IMG/VR virus record: IMGVR_UViG_3300049489_000444
Location: 1 to 64,000 of that record
Source: a virus
Length of the DNA: 64,000 nt
Strand: one strand, 5' to 3'
The notes beneath the pieces were generated by a model. The model saw nothing but the letters and a program-made list of their open reading frames with translations, ran no database searches and was not told the origin of the DNA. Below are positions 19,395 through 28,200 of the stretch, in pieces. The position numbers were made by a program, and so were the translations under genes. Each line of letters starts with the position of its first letter. Position 1 is the stretch's first letter.

Positions 19395-19735
19395 GGCTTG
19401 TCCTGGCCGGGTGTTGTCTGGTTTGTATTGAATAGCTCAACCAACTGGGTTGGTCCCGGCATCCCATCCAGTTGACTGAGCTTGAATCCTGAACTGTATC
19501 GGGTCCGCACCTGTACGGAAACCCACTCATCTGCTGAGTCGTTACCCCACATCTCATCGGTCTGACGGTCAGCCACTTGTACCATCATGTCTGGCCGACC
19601 ACGGAACACCCGTTCCCAAAAGCAGACACGATTTCCCAGAGCATGGCGGCTGACCTGCCACCACTCTCCGCCACCGAGGCCGTCTGCCCGGAATAGAGTC
19701 AGACTTCCGACGACGGTACCTGCTGGCTGACCCAT
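19391..19735 (-). CDS. Hypothetical protein
   Basis: GAGG RBS; 4-bp overlap with the next gene. Confidence 0.5.
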   Translation of the reverse strand: MGQPAGTVVGSLTLFRADGLGGGEWWQVSRHALGNRVCFWERVFRGRPDMMVQVADRQTDEMWGNDSADEWVSVQVRTRYSSGFKLSQLDGMPGPTQLVELFNTNQTTPGQDKP

Positions 19736-19786
19736 TCAAACCTCTAATGATGTAACGAATCTACCCTAGATTTACGGCAATCAGGT

Positions 19787-20176
19787 TCAATTGGCGAATT
19801 TGCTTGTGCGTTTTTGTCTAGAGAAGCTCAGACCGAACGAATTCCGCACACCTTCGTCGGCCGCATCAAGGACACCGGCCATGAACCATGCCTCTAGGGT
19901 TTGATCCACAGTTCGTGAATCGAACGGCATGTTGTTGTCCTGCAGGGTCTCCACCGCGATCTCGCGCCACAGGTGCCCGACATCCCGTGCTGGGGGCATC
20001 GCGCAAAGCTCCCCGCAGAACGATCCCCAGCGCAGGAACAACCCGAGACCGACATCGTCTAGGTCGATGGTCGCCCGTTCAGGGTGCCGGGACCGCGCAA
20101 TGATCTCGGCGTCGGTCGGGTCACGACCGACGAACCAATGGATGACACGAACCAACAGCCCTCGCAACCGATTCAT
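19787..20176 (-). CDS. Hypothetical protein
   Basis: AGGAG RBS; ATGA coupling. Confidence 0.55.
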   Translation of the reverse strand: MNRLRGLLVRVIHWFVGRDPTDAEIIARSRHPERATIDLDDVGLGLFLRWGSFCGELCAMPPARDVGHLWREIAVETLQDNNMPFDSRTVDQTLEAWFMAGVLDAADEGVRNSFGLSFSRQKRTSKFAN

Positions 20177-20424
20177 GGGTGACTCCTATCTGGTCGAGAG
20201 ACCCTGTGGAGGCGTTCACGGTACCCGCGCAGGATCCCTTCAAACGCGGGTCCGCGTTCAGCAGGCGTCAGGGCGGCTATCTCGTCCGCCACAAGGCCAG
20301 CCAGACCTTCCCGATGCTCGGATAAGATGACCCCCTTACCGTCAAGGGAGTCTGCTAGCTCGGCGCCACGGTCCTCCCAGTGCGCCTCGAAAAGGTCGGC
20401 TGCCGCCATAGTGTGGTAGACCAT
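20173..20424 (-). CDS. Hypothetical protein
   Basis: Short ORF directly downstream of a sigma70-like promoter; the start may be the second Met. Confidence 0.5.
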   Translation of the reverse strand: MVYHTMAAADLFEAHWEDRGAELADSLDGKGVILSEHREGLAGLVADEIAALTPAERGPAFEGILRGYRERLHRVSRPDRSHP

Positions 20425-20449
20425 ACATGGTCATGAGGTGATCTGTCAA
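20420..20449 (-). promoter_or_regulatory. Sigma70-like promoter
   Basis: TTGACA-18 bp-TATGGT; shares CGCTTGACAGATC...CCATGTATG with the promoter at 50673-50701. Confidence 0.6.
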
Positions 20450-21684
20450 GCGGAAACTACACCCAAGATCGGGGCCATAACGGTCCGCAGCTTGCTACGA
20501 GGGATCCCGTAGAACTCACAGGCCTCTGAGGTCAGTTTCCGGTCCCGGATACTGAGTGCGCCCTTTCCGTGTCGGGCAACCAACCATGACTCAAAAGCGT
20601 CGTCTCGGTCGCCCAAGATCGCCGCACACACTCTCTGGACGGCCTCAGGCTGCCGTCTGAGATCATGAACGAGATCGGCCGTCTCTGGAGAGACGTACGT
20701 TGTCGGGCTGATGTGGTCAGCCTTTGCGTCCAGCAGGGTAGCGTTTCCATCTTCGGTCTGGCGTCCAAGCGGAGCATCAAGATACGCCATTGTGCTGATG
20801 AACCCCTCATCAGGAGTTACCTCGCACGTCTTAACGCTGACGGATGCTCGCTTTTTGATGAAGCTGCTGGCATTTTCGCTCTTCGACTTCCATTTGGTGG
20901 CTTCATCTTTTGATGTTTTGATCTCTGTTGCGCATGGTTGGCATACGGCCGAGGTCGATGGGTGCTTGCAGCGCCAACACGCGCTACGCTGATAGGTGGT
21001 GATCTTAGTCTGTACGGCAACGCCTTGTTCGTGCCGCTCGATTCGTTGCCGTCCTTTGGTTGTGTGGTGCTTGATGATGGAGACCGCGTGGTTCTTCGCG
21101 GAACACCACGCGATGTTGCGCAGCCAAACAAGATCGGTGGTACGATGATCAGAACGGTAGGCTGCGCTGAGTCCGGCCGCCAGCATGTCGTTGATGAAGT
21201 CTTCCAGCGTCAGGCCGGGATCGTACTTCACAATGAAGCTGAGTCTCTTGACGTACCGTTGACAGTACGGGGCCATACTGAGGACTTCGCGCCGAATGCC
21301 GTCATAATCCGGCATTCGCAGCCAGTCACCCGCTGAGAGTTCCTCGATCTTTCGGATGTGCTTGACCGATAGGTTTGCGATAACCCATTCGAGATCTTCG
21401 GCCTTGATCTTGTATTTTCTGATGGCTTTACCGGGATGACCGCGGAAGTTCAGCCATACCGCGCGCCACAGGCACGAACTCGCGTATGGGTTACCATCAA
21501 GCTTACGACGGAGATGAAGGACCTCGTCTTCGAGATCGAACTCCTTAGCCAGCCGCCTAAGCCGCCCGGCCTTGCCTGCCCGGCTCAGGTACCCGCATAG
21601 GCTTGTTGTAAGTCGTTGCACATCGTCTGAACTCATGGTGCTGCAGTGGCGAGCCAAGAACTCGCCGTAAAGCTCTAGAATCAT
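20446..21684 (-). CDS. Divergent sigma70-family factor with a Zn-finger insertion
   Basis: LEDFINDMLAAGLSAAYRSD...IAWCSAKNHAVSII (region 2-like), YLDAPLG (region 3-like), C-terminal helices; CWRC..CQPC insertion. Confidence 0.55.
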   Translation of the reverse strand: MILELYGEFLARHCSTMSSDDVQRLTTSLCGYLSRAGKAGRLRRLAKEFDLEDEVLHLRRKLDGNPYASSCLWRAVWLNFRGHPGKAIRKYKIKAEDLEWVIANLSVKHIRKIEELSAGDWLRMPDYDGIRREVLSMAPYCQRYVKRLSFIVKYDPGLTLEDFINDMLAAGLSAAYRSDHRTTDLVWLRNIAWCSAKNHAVSIIKHHTTKGRQRIERHEQGVAVQTKITTYQRSACWRCKHPSTSAVCQPCATEIKTSKDEATKWKSKSENASSFIKKRASVSVKTCEVTPDEGFISTMAYLDAPLGRQTEDGNATLLDAKADHISPTTYVSPETADLVHDLRRQPEAVQRVCAAILGDRDDAFESWLVARHGKGALSIRDRKLTSEACEFYGIPRSKLRTVMAPILGVVSA

Positions 21685-21734
21685 TATGTCCCCGCCTCGT
21701 GGTTGTGGCGCCAAGCGCCTGTCGGGACGGGACC

Positions 21735-22349
21735 CTACACCGATTCCGGTGTTCCTGGCAAGTTCGAATTTTGCTTGAGGTCTTGATCTGAGCGGTCTGG
21801 ATCTGTTCTGGTTTCTGTTTTGGTTTGCCCGTTACGCCTAGGCGGTATAACCGTTGCATGTGGCAGTGATAGCTCGGCGCCGGCCAACCTGACGGTCACT
21901 TGGTCGCGGTCGAAATCCAGAACCTCAGCGGTCTGAAGGGTCTGGTCATGGACGAACGTGACGAGATCGCCTGGACGATATGGAAGATTCAGAGCGTCTT
22001 TGGCCAGCAGGAGTTCGATCTGCCTGTCTAGCAGGGCGTTCAGGATGAGCATCTGAGGTAGATCGAGAGCACCAAGCAGCCTGAGCGGCCGCGCTGCGGT
22101 TTCCGGCAGGGGAACGAAGTTGCGCTCCGGGTGATGCGGCGATAGCGCGCAGGGCATGGTATCAGGCGGGATGCCTTTGGCAGCGCAACTGTCTGATCCT
22201 GCGTCGTGGGAGTACCGTTGGCAGTTCACGCAGGAGTATTCACGGATCCCCGCCGTGGTCGGGACAACCAGTGGCAGTGAGTCTTTGTCGCTGTCGGCCT
22301 CGGCTTTACGTATTTGTCGTCGATCTCTTTTACTTAGCAGTTTCCACAT
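21735..22349 (-). CDS. Hypothetical protein (Cys cluster + SH3/KOW-like C-terminus)
   Basis: CVNC...C...C; YRPGDLVTF...AEVLD...VTVRL. Confidence 0.5.
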   Translation of the reverse strand: MWKLLSKRDRRQIRKAEADSDKDSLPLVVPTTAGIREYSCVNCQRYSHDAGSDSCAAKGIPPDTMPCALSPHHPERNFVPLPETAARPLRLLGALDLPQMLILNALLDRQIELLLAKDALNLPYRPGDLVTFVHDQTLQTAEVLDFDRDQVTVRLAGAELSLPHATVIPPRRNGQTKTETRTDPDRSDQDLKQNSNLPGTPESV

Positions 22350-22923
22350 TGGATGTCTCCTTGATTCTGTTTACACGGTGCCTGGGTCGGGCGTATTGGT
22401 GGTCTGGGTTTCGGCGTCGCTGAGCCTCGGCGGAGCGCCTCATCTCCTGCGAGAGCGCCGGGAAGCGCCGACATACGGCCTCGATCAGGATATGTCGTGC
22501 TGCCCCGGCCAAACCAAGACGTCGGTTGGTCTGCGGGTCCCTAGCCTCACGCCCGATAAGCATGAGGGCGTTCTTGACCGCCAACGGTAGCTCGAGCAAG
22601 ATCTCGACGTCTTCGTGGGCGGCAAGCTTAAACTGACCGGACTCTTTCTCGCCCATGTGGCGAACGACCTTGATCGCCAACTCAATGCACCTTCGGCCGG
22701 CCGCCGGATTATCGTGGTAGGCGGCCCTGACGGTATCCTCGGCCTGACTTGCCCGTGGACCCGACAGCATCGAGGCTATGGCGTGGACGTTGTTATGGCA
22801 TCCGCTGCAGAGCGACTCTAGATCGAGGTCCGTTCCGCCGACAGCCTGTGGTCGTTTATGGTGCTCATGAGCTAAAGCTGCCGGGATGCGCTTGACGCAG
22901 ACCCAGCAAACAACACTGTCCAT
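22330..22923 (-). CDS. HNH endonuclease domain protein
   Basis: CWVC...HEHHKRP..GG....LCSGCHNNVH. Confidence 0.8.
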   Translation of the reverse strand: MDSVVCWVCVKRIPAALAHEHHKRPQAVGGTDLDLESLCSGCHNNVHAIASMLSGPRASQAEDTVRAAYHDNPAAGRRCIELAIKVVRHMGEKESGQFKLAAHEDVEILLELPLAVKNALMLIGREARDPQTNRRLGLAGAARHILIEAVCRRFPALSQEMRRSAEAQRRRNPDHQYARPRHRVNRIKETSNVETAK

Positions 22924-22947
22924 GGTGGGTCCCCTACGGGTGTTGCG

Positions 22948-23181
22948 TCACGCGACCACTTCGAGAAAGCCCTGTCCGATGAGGGTCCTGATGTTTGAGC
23001 GCTGGATGGCGTGTACCGATACGCCACGCTCAGCAACATTGACCACCTGATCGTCGATCAGGTGAATCGGCGCAATGTTTTGGTCGTTGAAACAGATCAT
23101 GACCTCGCCGCTGATGTGCTTGCGGCGCCGCACCTTCATGGTTCCGTGTGCGATTGACTTCACGTATAGATCGCTGCTCAT
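22948..23181 (-). CDS. Hypothetical protein
   Basis: AGGAG RBS, 77 aa. Confidence 0.55.
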   Translation of the reverse strand: MSSDLYVKSIAHGTMKVRRRKHISGEVMICFNDQNIAPIHLIDDQVVNVAERGVSVHAIQRSNIRTLIGQGFLEVVA

Positions 23182-23196
23182 ATGGTTCTCCTTGGT

Positions 23197-26097
23197 TCAC
23201 TTGTGCGTAGCGGTTGTTTGTGTTGACGGTAAAGCTCCGGCCGTCATTTCCGCACCATTAACTGCAGTCTCTTGCGCCTTATTGGGGTCCTCTTTAACAG
23301 TCAACGTGCTTCCTGGCGCCATACTGACCTCGCCAGTTCTTTGATCCACGGATGACCCAGGAGCCATATAGAGCGAGAGACCACCAAGCTGACGTTCGCG
23401 TGCGGCTCTGATTTGTTGTTCCGTGTCTCTGATCGCATTTGGACTGCCGGTCCCTATTGGTGTGATGGTTTGAATGGCCTTGGCGGCCTCAACTGCGTAC
23501 TTGCCTTGTTTGCGTAACGTCTCGTCAGAAATGTCAGAATCTGTCATCACTTTGGAAGCGCCTATTCTCTTGTAGGCATCTGCCTCTGGAAGATCAGCAT
23601 GCTCCTTTAGGGCGATGAGCTTCTGGTCATCAGTTGCTGCACTCTTCATGATATCGTCAATGAGATGTTTTTGCTTCTCACGGTAGTAGTTTACCATCTT
23701 AGCGGCGATATCGTCAGACACGCCGCTAGTCCTCTTTAGATTGGCTTTAAGGAAGGCGTCCGATGATCGGAGCCCATGTTGCTCGTCCATCATCTTTACG
23801 AAGTCTTTAGGATCGAAACCGCCCTCAGACGCAATTTGCTGGATCTCTTTTGGGAGCGTTTTGAATTCCTCTGTTTTCTGCAGTCGACTGAACGCTACAC
23901 GCTTTTTGGCGTCCTCGTCGCCAAATGTTGCTGCCATAATATCAAGAGCAGCACCAGTCAACTTTAGTTTGACGTTGAGTTCGGTAAAGGCCTCGGCGAG
24001 GTTCTTTGATGAATCTATGACACCATTCGAGGCGTACTGGATGGCCTCCATTCCTTTACTAGCATCATCGAAAGCTTTCTTCTGTGAGATAGGTTGGCCC
24101 GTCTTTGGGTCTAGTTTTTTGTTGTTTTCGTTGAGTCTAGCTAGTTCCTTATCGAGTGTACTGTTTTTGTCTGTAAGATTTTTCATCACAAACAGCAATT
24201 CACCGTCGTTGAGGCTAACACCTTTTTCTGCAAGCAAGGCGCGTAATGTTTCGATCTGAGATGCCATATCTCCGCTGGTCTGCTTGAGTATGTCTTTGAG
24301 GGCGGCATCTTGGTATTGCATGCCCTTTGTGGAGCCGCCAATCATGCTACCGATGTACTTGGCAGCCATATCCTTTGATATCTTCCCCTTGCCTAATTCG
24401 GAATACACGTCAGCCATTTGCTCCGCGGCGGCAGTATCATAATCCTTGGATAGCTCTTTGACGACATCCTTACGGTCCATCTTTGCGAATTTATCGCCGC
24501 GAGATTCGATCTCCTTACGTCCGCCGAGGATATTGAACAACTCGCTCTGTGTCCCTGTCTGGAAATCAATAATCCCCTTGGCGATCTTTTGACGGCGCTC
24601 CTCAGCCATACCGGCCTTGGAAGCCAAAGCAGCTATTGTGGTGAGCTTTTTGGCAACTTCACCGTAGTTGAAAGACCAAAGATCAGCACGCCTAGCTGAC
24701 TCGAATGTTATCTTGCTGAACTCATCCATGCGGATGATATTAGATCCAAGTTCCTTTTTGAAAACGTCGTTCCCTGCCTGGAAAACATTGTAGATAGAGG
24801 CCATCTGCTCAGATATTTTTTCACCAGAACTGCTAAAATTACGGAAGCTATCCTCCATGATGGAGGTCATCTCTTCGCCAGTTTTTCCGAATGCTGTCTG
24901 GAACTTAAACGAGTCAACAGCCAGTTGTGTCATGACCTTTCCGGCTTCGGCTCCCATTGGACGAAAGGCCTTGCTCATGGCCGCGATACGTTCACGCGTG
25001 GCGTCAACACTTACGCCCATCAGTCGAGTCTGTTCGATGGTATCTCGGTATGTATCGCGAAACATACCGTGGAATTCGGCCAGCGATACAACGGCCTCGC
25101 TATTTGATTTAGGGATCTGTCCGGTAAATTTTACGTAATTTCCGGCAAGCCTCAGGAGCTTGTCGTCCATATCCGCTGCCGCTTTGATCCCTTCCTTTAT
25201 AAGGGCACCACCGCCCTCAGTAACCGCGCCAATCAACATCCCAGGTATCCCGGCACCAGCGCCTTTCATGGCCCCACTGGCTAACCCGCTGATGACATTC
25301 CCGAGAGTACCGGTGTCGCCACCGACCATACCTCCTACGCCTTGCGCGATTCCGCCCACAGCACCTAAACCGGCCCCTACAACGCCTTTAGCGAGCGGAG
25401 CCAGAGCACCGCCGCCGGTAGGCTGACCACCAGTTGCTCGAGCCAATCCTGCGGATAGTCTGGCCTCCCGTGAACCATGAATGCCTTTAGCCAGTGTTCC
25501 AAGAATCCCATCCCTATCTGACATCTTCTGGATGGCTTGTGCGGCCCTTCCTTTTGCGCTTATGGCGCGAAGTTGCATCAATGTCCGTTCCCGATCGAAT
25601 GCAGCCTTATCCTGCTTGTCGATCAGTGCGTTCGTCTTTGCCTGCCGATTACGGAATGCCTCAAACTTTCTAGCGTTCTTGGTCTGTAGGTCATCCTTTT
25701 TCTTTAGGATCCGAAGCTCTCGCTCTGCGCGCTGCTCAGACTCGAGATCGCCGTCAGCGATCGCCTTTTTCAGTTTAACCTCGGCCTCAAGCGCCCTCTG
25801 ACGGCGACCAGCCTCAGCCTCCTCTGCCTGCCTGATTCTGCGTGAGCGCGTCTCTTCTGCTTTCTGTAAGCTAGCCCTCGCGGAATGAATGCTGTTCAGT
25901 TCCTTTTCGGCCTTCTTTATTTCTTCAGCGATCTTTAGCTCAGCAGCGGTGTGACCTGTACTGGAGGCCCTCTCACCCATGGGTTCACGATGGAACGGCT
26001 GACGTGCTCCGCTCTGTTTGGCGGAACTCTCGCCGAGCATGACAGCCAGCTTACGTAAGCTGGCGTCCGACAAATCTACTGGTCCGCCGGCCATCAC
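23197..26097 (-). CDS. Tail tape measure protein
   Basis: 966 aa, helical/coiled-coil with a Gly-Ala-rich hydrophobic segment; located after sheath, tube and chaperones. Confidence 0.75.
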   Translation of the reverse strand: MMAGGPVDLSDASLRKLAVMLGESSAKQSGARQPFHREPMGERASSTGHTAAELKIAEEIKKAEKELNSIHSARASLQKAEETRSRRIRQAEEAEAGRRQRALEAEVKLKKAIADGDLESEQRAERELRILKKKDDLQTKNARKFEAFRNRQAKTNALIDKQDKAAFDRERTLMQLRAISAKGRAAQAIQKMSDRDGILGTLAKGIHGSREARLSAGLARATGGQPTGGGALAPLAKGVVGAGLGAVGGIAQGVGGMVGGDTGTLGNVISGLASGAMKGAGAGIPGMLIGAVTEGGGALIKEGIKAAADMDDKLLRLAGNYVKFTGQIPKSNSEAVVSLAEFHGMFRDTYRDTIEQTRLMGVSVDATRERIAAMSKAFRPMGAEAGKVMTQLAVDSFKFQTAFGKTGEEMTSIMEDSFRNFSSSGEKISEQMASIYNVFQAGNDVFKKELGSNIIRMDEFSKITFESARRADLWSFNYGEVAKKLTTIAALASKAGMAEERRQKIAKGIIDFQTGTQSELFNILGGRKEIESRGDKFAKMDRKDVVKELSKDYDTAAAEQMADVYSELGKGKISKDMAAKYIGSMIGGSTKGMQYQDAALKDILKQTSGDMASQIETLRALLAEKGVSLNDGELLFVMKNLTDKNSTLDKELARLNENNKKLDPKTGQPISQKKAFDDASKGMEAIQYASNGVIDSSKNLAEAFTELNVKLKLTGAALDIMAATFGDEDAKKRVAFSRLQKTEEFKTLPKEIQQIASEGGFDPKDFVKMMDEQHGLRSSDAFLKANLKRTSGVSDDIAAKMVNYYREKQKHLIDDIMKSAATDDQKLIALKEHADLPEADAYKRIGASKVMTDSDISDETLRKQGKYAVEAAKAIQTITPIGTGSPNAIRDTEQQIRAARERQLGGLSLYMAPGSSVDQRTGEVSMAPGSTLTVKEDPNKAQETAVNGAEMTAGALPSTQTTATHK

Positions 26098-26579
26098 TTA
26101 CCTCCAACGCCGAGTCCTTGCTGGAATGTGCTGAAGAACTCACGGAACTCCTCATAAGATAGCTCACTGGTATCGACAATTTCTTCGTCAGTTCCAGGGA
26201 TGTAGTCGCCTCCAGCGATTCTGGGTTTGGTGGCCTCGAAATCCTTCTTGATCTGCTTGAATAGGTTGTTCGGGCTTGTGAGCAGGGCGTGCGGGTAGAA
26301 TAGAACGTCAGGATCCTTTGGAGCGCGCACGACCCTTTCGGTCTTGTTCTTGGGCTCTTCAAAGTCTGATCTGTGCCAGATCGTGCCCATGTGCCGGCCG
26401 AACTTATCCCAGTAGCGTGCCTCGTCCTCCCGTTGTTTCTTCGCGAGCGCATACTCCCAGAACTGAAGTTCCAGTACGGAATGTCGCGCGATTTCGCTGG
26501 GAGGCCGACCCGTCTGGGCGCTGATGAACGCGATTCGCGCTAGGTCGGAATCGTTGTCGGTCTCCGTTAGACCAAAGGG
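26094..26579 (-). CDS. Tail assembly chaperone, -1 frameshifted (G-T type) extension
   Basis: The -1 frame from CCCTTTG reads PFGLTETDNDSDLARIAFISAQTGRPPSEI...WDKFGRHMGTIWH with no stop and joins ORF 26094-26390. Confidence 0.75.
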   Translation of the reverse strand, partial: PFGLTETDNDSDLARIAFISAQTGRPPSEIARHSVLELQFWEYALAKKQREDEARYWDKFGRHMGTIWHRSDFEEPKNKTERVVRAPKDPDVLFYPHALLTSPNNLFKQIKKDFEATKPRIAGGDYIPGTDEEIVDTSELSYEEFREFFSTFQQGLGVGGK

Positions 26580-27595
26580 CGGAGGTCCTCATCGATACGC
26601 GGCTTCGTCGTCGACACGTCGATCATAACGGAACCATGAATCTGACAGTAATACGGTAGCTCTTGGTCGCCCTCGTAGTGCCGCGGCTTCGAGAACTTGT
26701 GCTCACAATCAGGCTCAACACAGACCCAGACAACATGGTCTGTTTTCTCGTACGACGTATACGAGGCCACCGACCCCTCGGGGTCGACCTTGGCCATGTA
26801 CGCCTCATACAGGGCATCCATGAGGCGATTCTTCATCCCACTGGTAAGCTCACCAAACAACATGACGGCCGCATTCTGCCTGATTGGTCCTTTGGGGATG
26901 AGCGGAAAACTGACATTATCATGATCAGTCGGTTCAAGGCCGAGCATCAACCAGACCGGGACGCTATCAACGGCGACGATCGAGAAACAGACCGCGGCCT
27001 GTTTGGCACGCAGTGAATGTTCACCGATGGTCTCGGCCAACGAGTCCGCCGCACGTGCGGCCAGACTGACTAGGTCTGGCGTCAGTGGAACGAATGTCCA
27101 CACATGGTCTGCAACCTTGACGTCGACGGGCGGCTTTTGGTCTGATCCGATTCCGAATTCATGACGCAACTGAGTCAGGAGCGGGTGTGGCGGCTTCTTA
27201 CGGCCGACGACGGCTTCGCGCTTAGTCTTCTTGCTCTGGAAGTCTGCAGGATTTGGCGGCGGCCCTACCGGAATACCGGCCGCACGCATGTCGTTCTCGT
27301 ACTGGACCCGTTCAGCCTCAGCCTCTTGCTTGGAGAGTTCTTCTTCCTCTGCCCTGGTTACTTCAGGTGGCTTTGGGATGACGATCCGCTGTCGGACGGG
27401 TTCCTTTACGGTTCCTGTTTTCGGTTGAGGCGGACCCATCGGGATGCCCTGACTGAAGTCGATCGGCATACCGAGTTTTTGTCCGACCTCCGCGATGGCC
27501 GAACTCCGGGCGGCCATCTCGGCTTCAACCGTCTGGGCATGTTCTTGGGCGCGCCGTTGCGCGAGGCGTTCCTTCATATCAGTCATCTGAGTCAC
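26567..27595 (-). CDS. Tail assembly chaperone
   Basis: Lies between tube and tape measure; has a frameshift site; C-terminal CVEPDC...CQIH Zn-finger-like motif. Confidence 0.65.
   Translation of the reverse strand: MTQMTDMKERLAQRRAQEHAQTVEAEMAARSSAIAEVGQKLGMPIDFSQGIPMGPPQPKTGTVKEPVRQRIVIPKPPEVTRAEEEELSKQEAEAERVQYENDMRAAGIPVGPPPNPADFQSKKTKREAVVGRKKPPHPLLTQLRHEFGIGSDQKPPVDVKVADHVWTFVPLTPDLVSLAARAADSLAETIGEHSLRAKQAAVCFSIVAVDSVPVWLMLGLEPTDHDNVSFPLIPKGPIRQNAAVMLFGELTSGMKNRLMDALYEAYMAKVDPEGSVASYTSYEKTDHVVWVCVEPDCEHKFSKPRHYEGDQELPYYCQIHGSVMIDVSTTKPRIDEDLRPLV
26573..26579 (-). other. Programmed -1 ribosomal frameshift slippery site C CCT TTG
   Basis: XXXYYYZ heptamer in the correct phase, one codon before the chaperone stop. 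Confidence 0.75.
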
Positions 27596-27649
27596 CCGCT
27601 TGAGTTGGACTTACTGAAGTGGTCTTACCAAGTTTGGTTTATTGGACAA

Positions 27650-28153
27650 TCACTGGATCATCACGCGCTGGATGTACGCGACGGTCGCGTTTACGGTGTA
27701 GATCGCATCACCTTGGGCGTCAGCGGTGTCCTCGTTGCGCTCTTGGAACCAGCAGCCACGGTACTGCCAATGGCGATACAGGGAGGTTCCACGGTAGAGG
27801 AACTCATCGATCGTAAACGGGCGGGTCTGATCGGTGAGGTCATCCCATACCTGGGATGTGCTCGTCAGACCAAGCTCGACCTCGATCTCGTGCATCCACA
27901 ACTCGACGCGGCTGAATGCGATCGTGAACCCGCTCGCGACGCCAGGAACCAAGTCCACGGGACGACCGAATGAATCGACATTCAGTTCGTAGACGTGAGC
28001 CGTTGCGCGAGAATACGCCGTTGGCTGCCAGGACTTGATGCGGCCAATGACCACGTTGTCGACCTGAATGGTCAGACCGTGGTACGTCTTGGCCGTTGGC
28101 GCGTCAGGCGCGAACGAGTTGAGCTTCTGAACTGCCTTGCCGAAGATTGCCAT
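27650..28153 (-). CDS. Tail tube protein
   Basis: 167 aa directly after the sheath; IGRIKSWQP, PVDLVPG, DQTRPFTI, YRGCWF. Confidence 0.8.
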   Translation of the reverse strand: MAIFGKAVQKLNSFAPDAPTAKTYHGLTIQVDNVVIGRIKSWQPTAYSRATAHVYELNVDSFGRPVDLVPGVASGFTIAFSRVELWMHEIEVELGLTSTSQVWDDLTDQTRPFTIDEFLYRGTSLYRHWQYRGCWFQERNEDTADAQGDAIYTVNATVAYIQRVMIQ

Positions 28154-28200
28154 GCTTGACTCCCTTAGAGATCAGGTAAGCTAACCGCCGACCTTGCTGT

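Noticed and set aside
22330-22923. HNH gene as an intron- or intein-borne homing element
   Set aside because: It is free-standing with no interrupted host gene. PolA, GyrA/B and ThyX read uninterrupted with no intein motifs.
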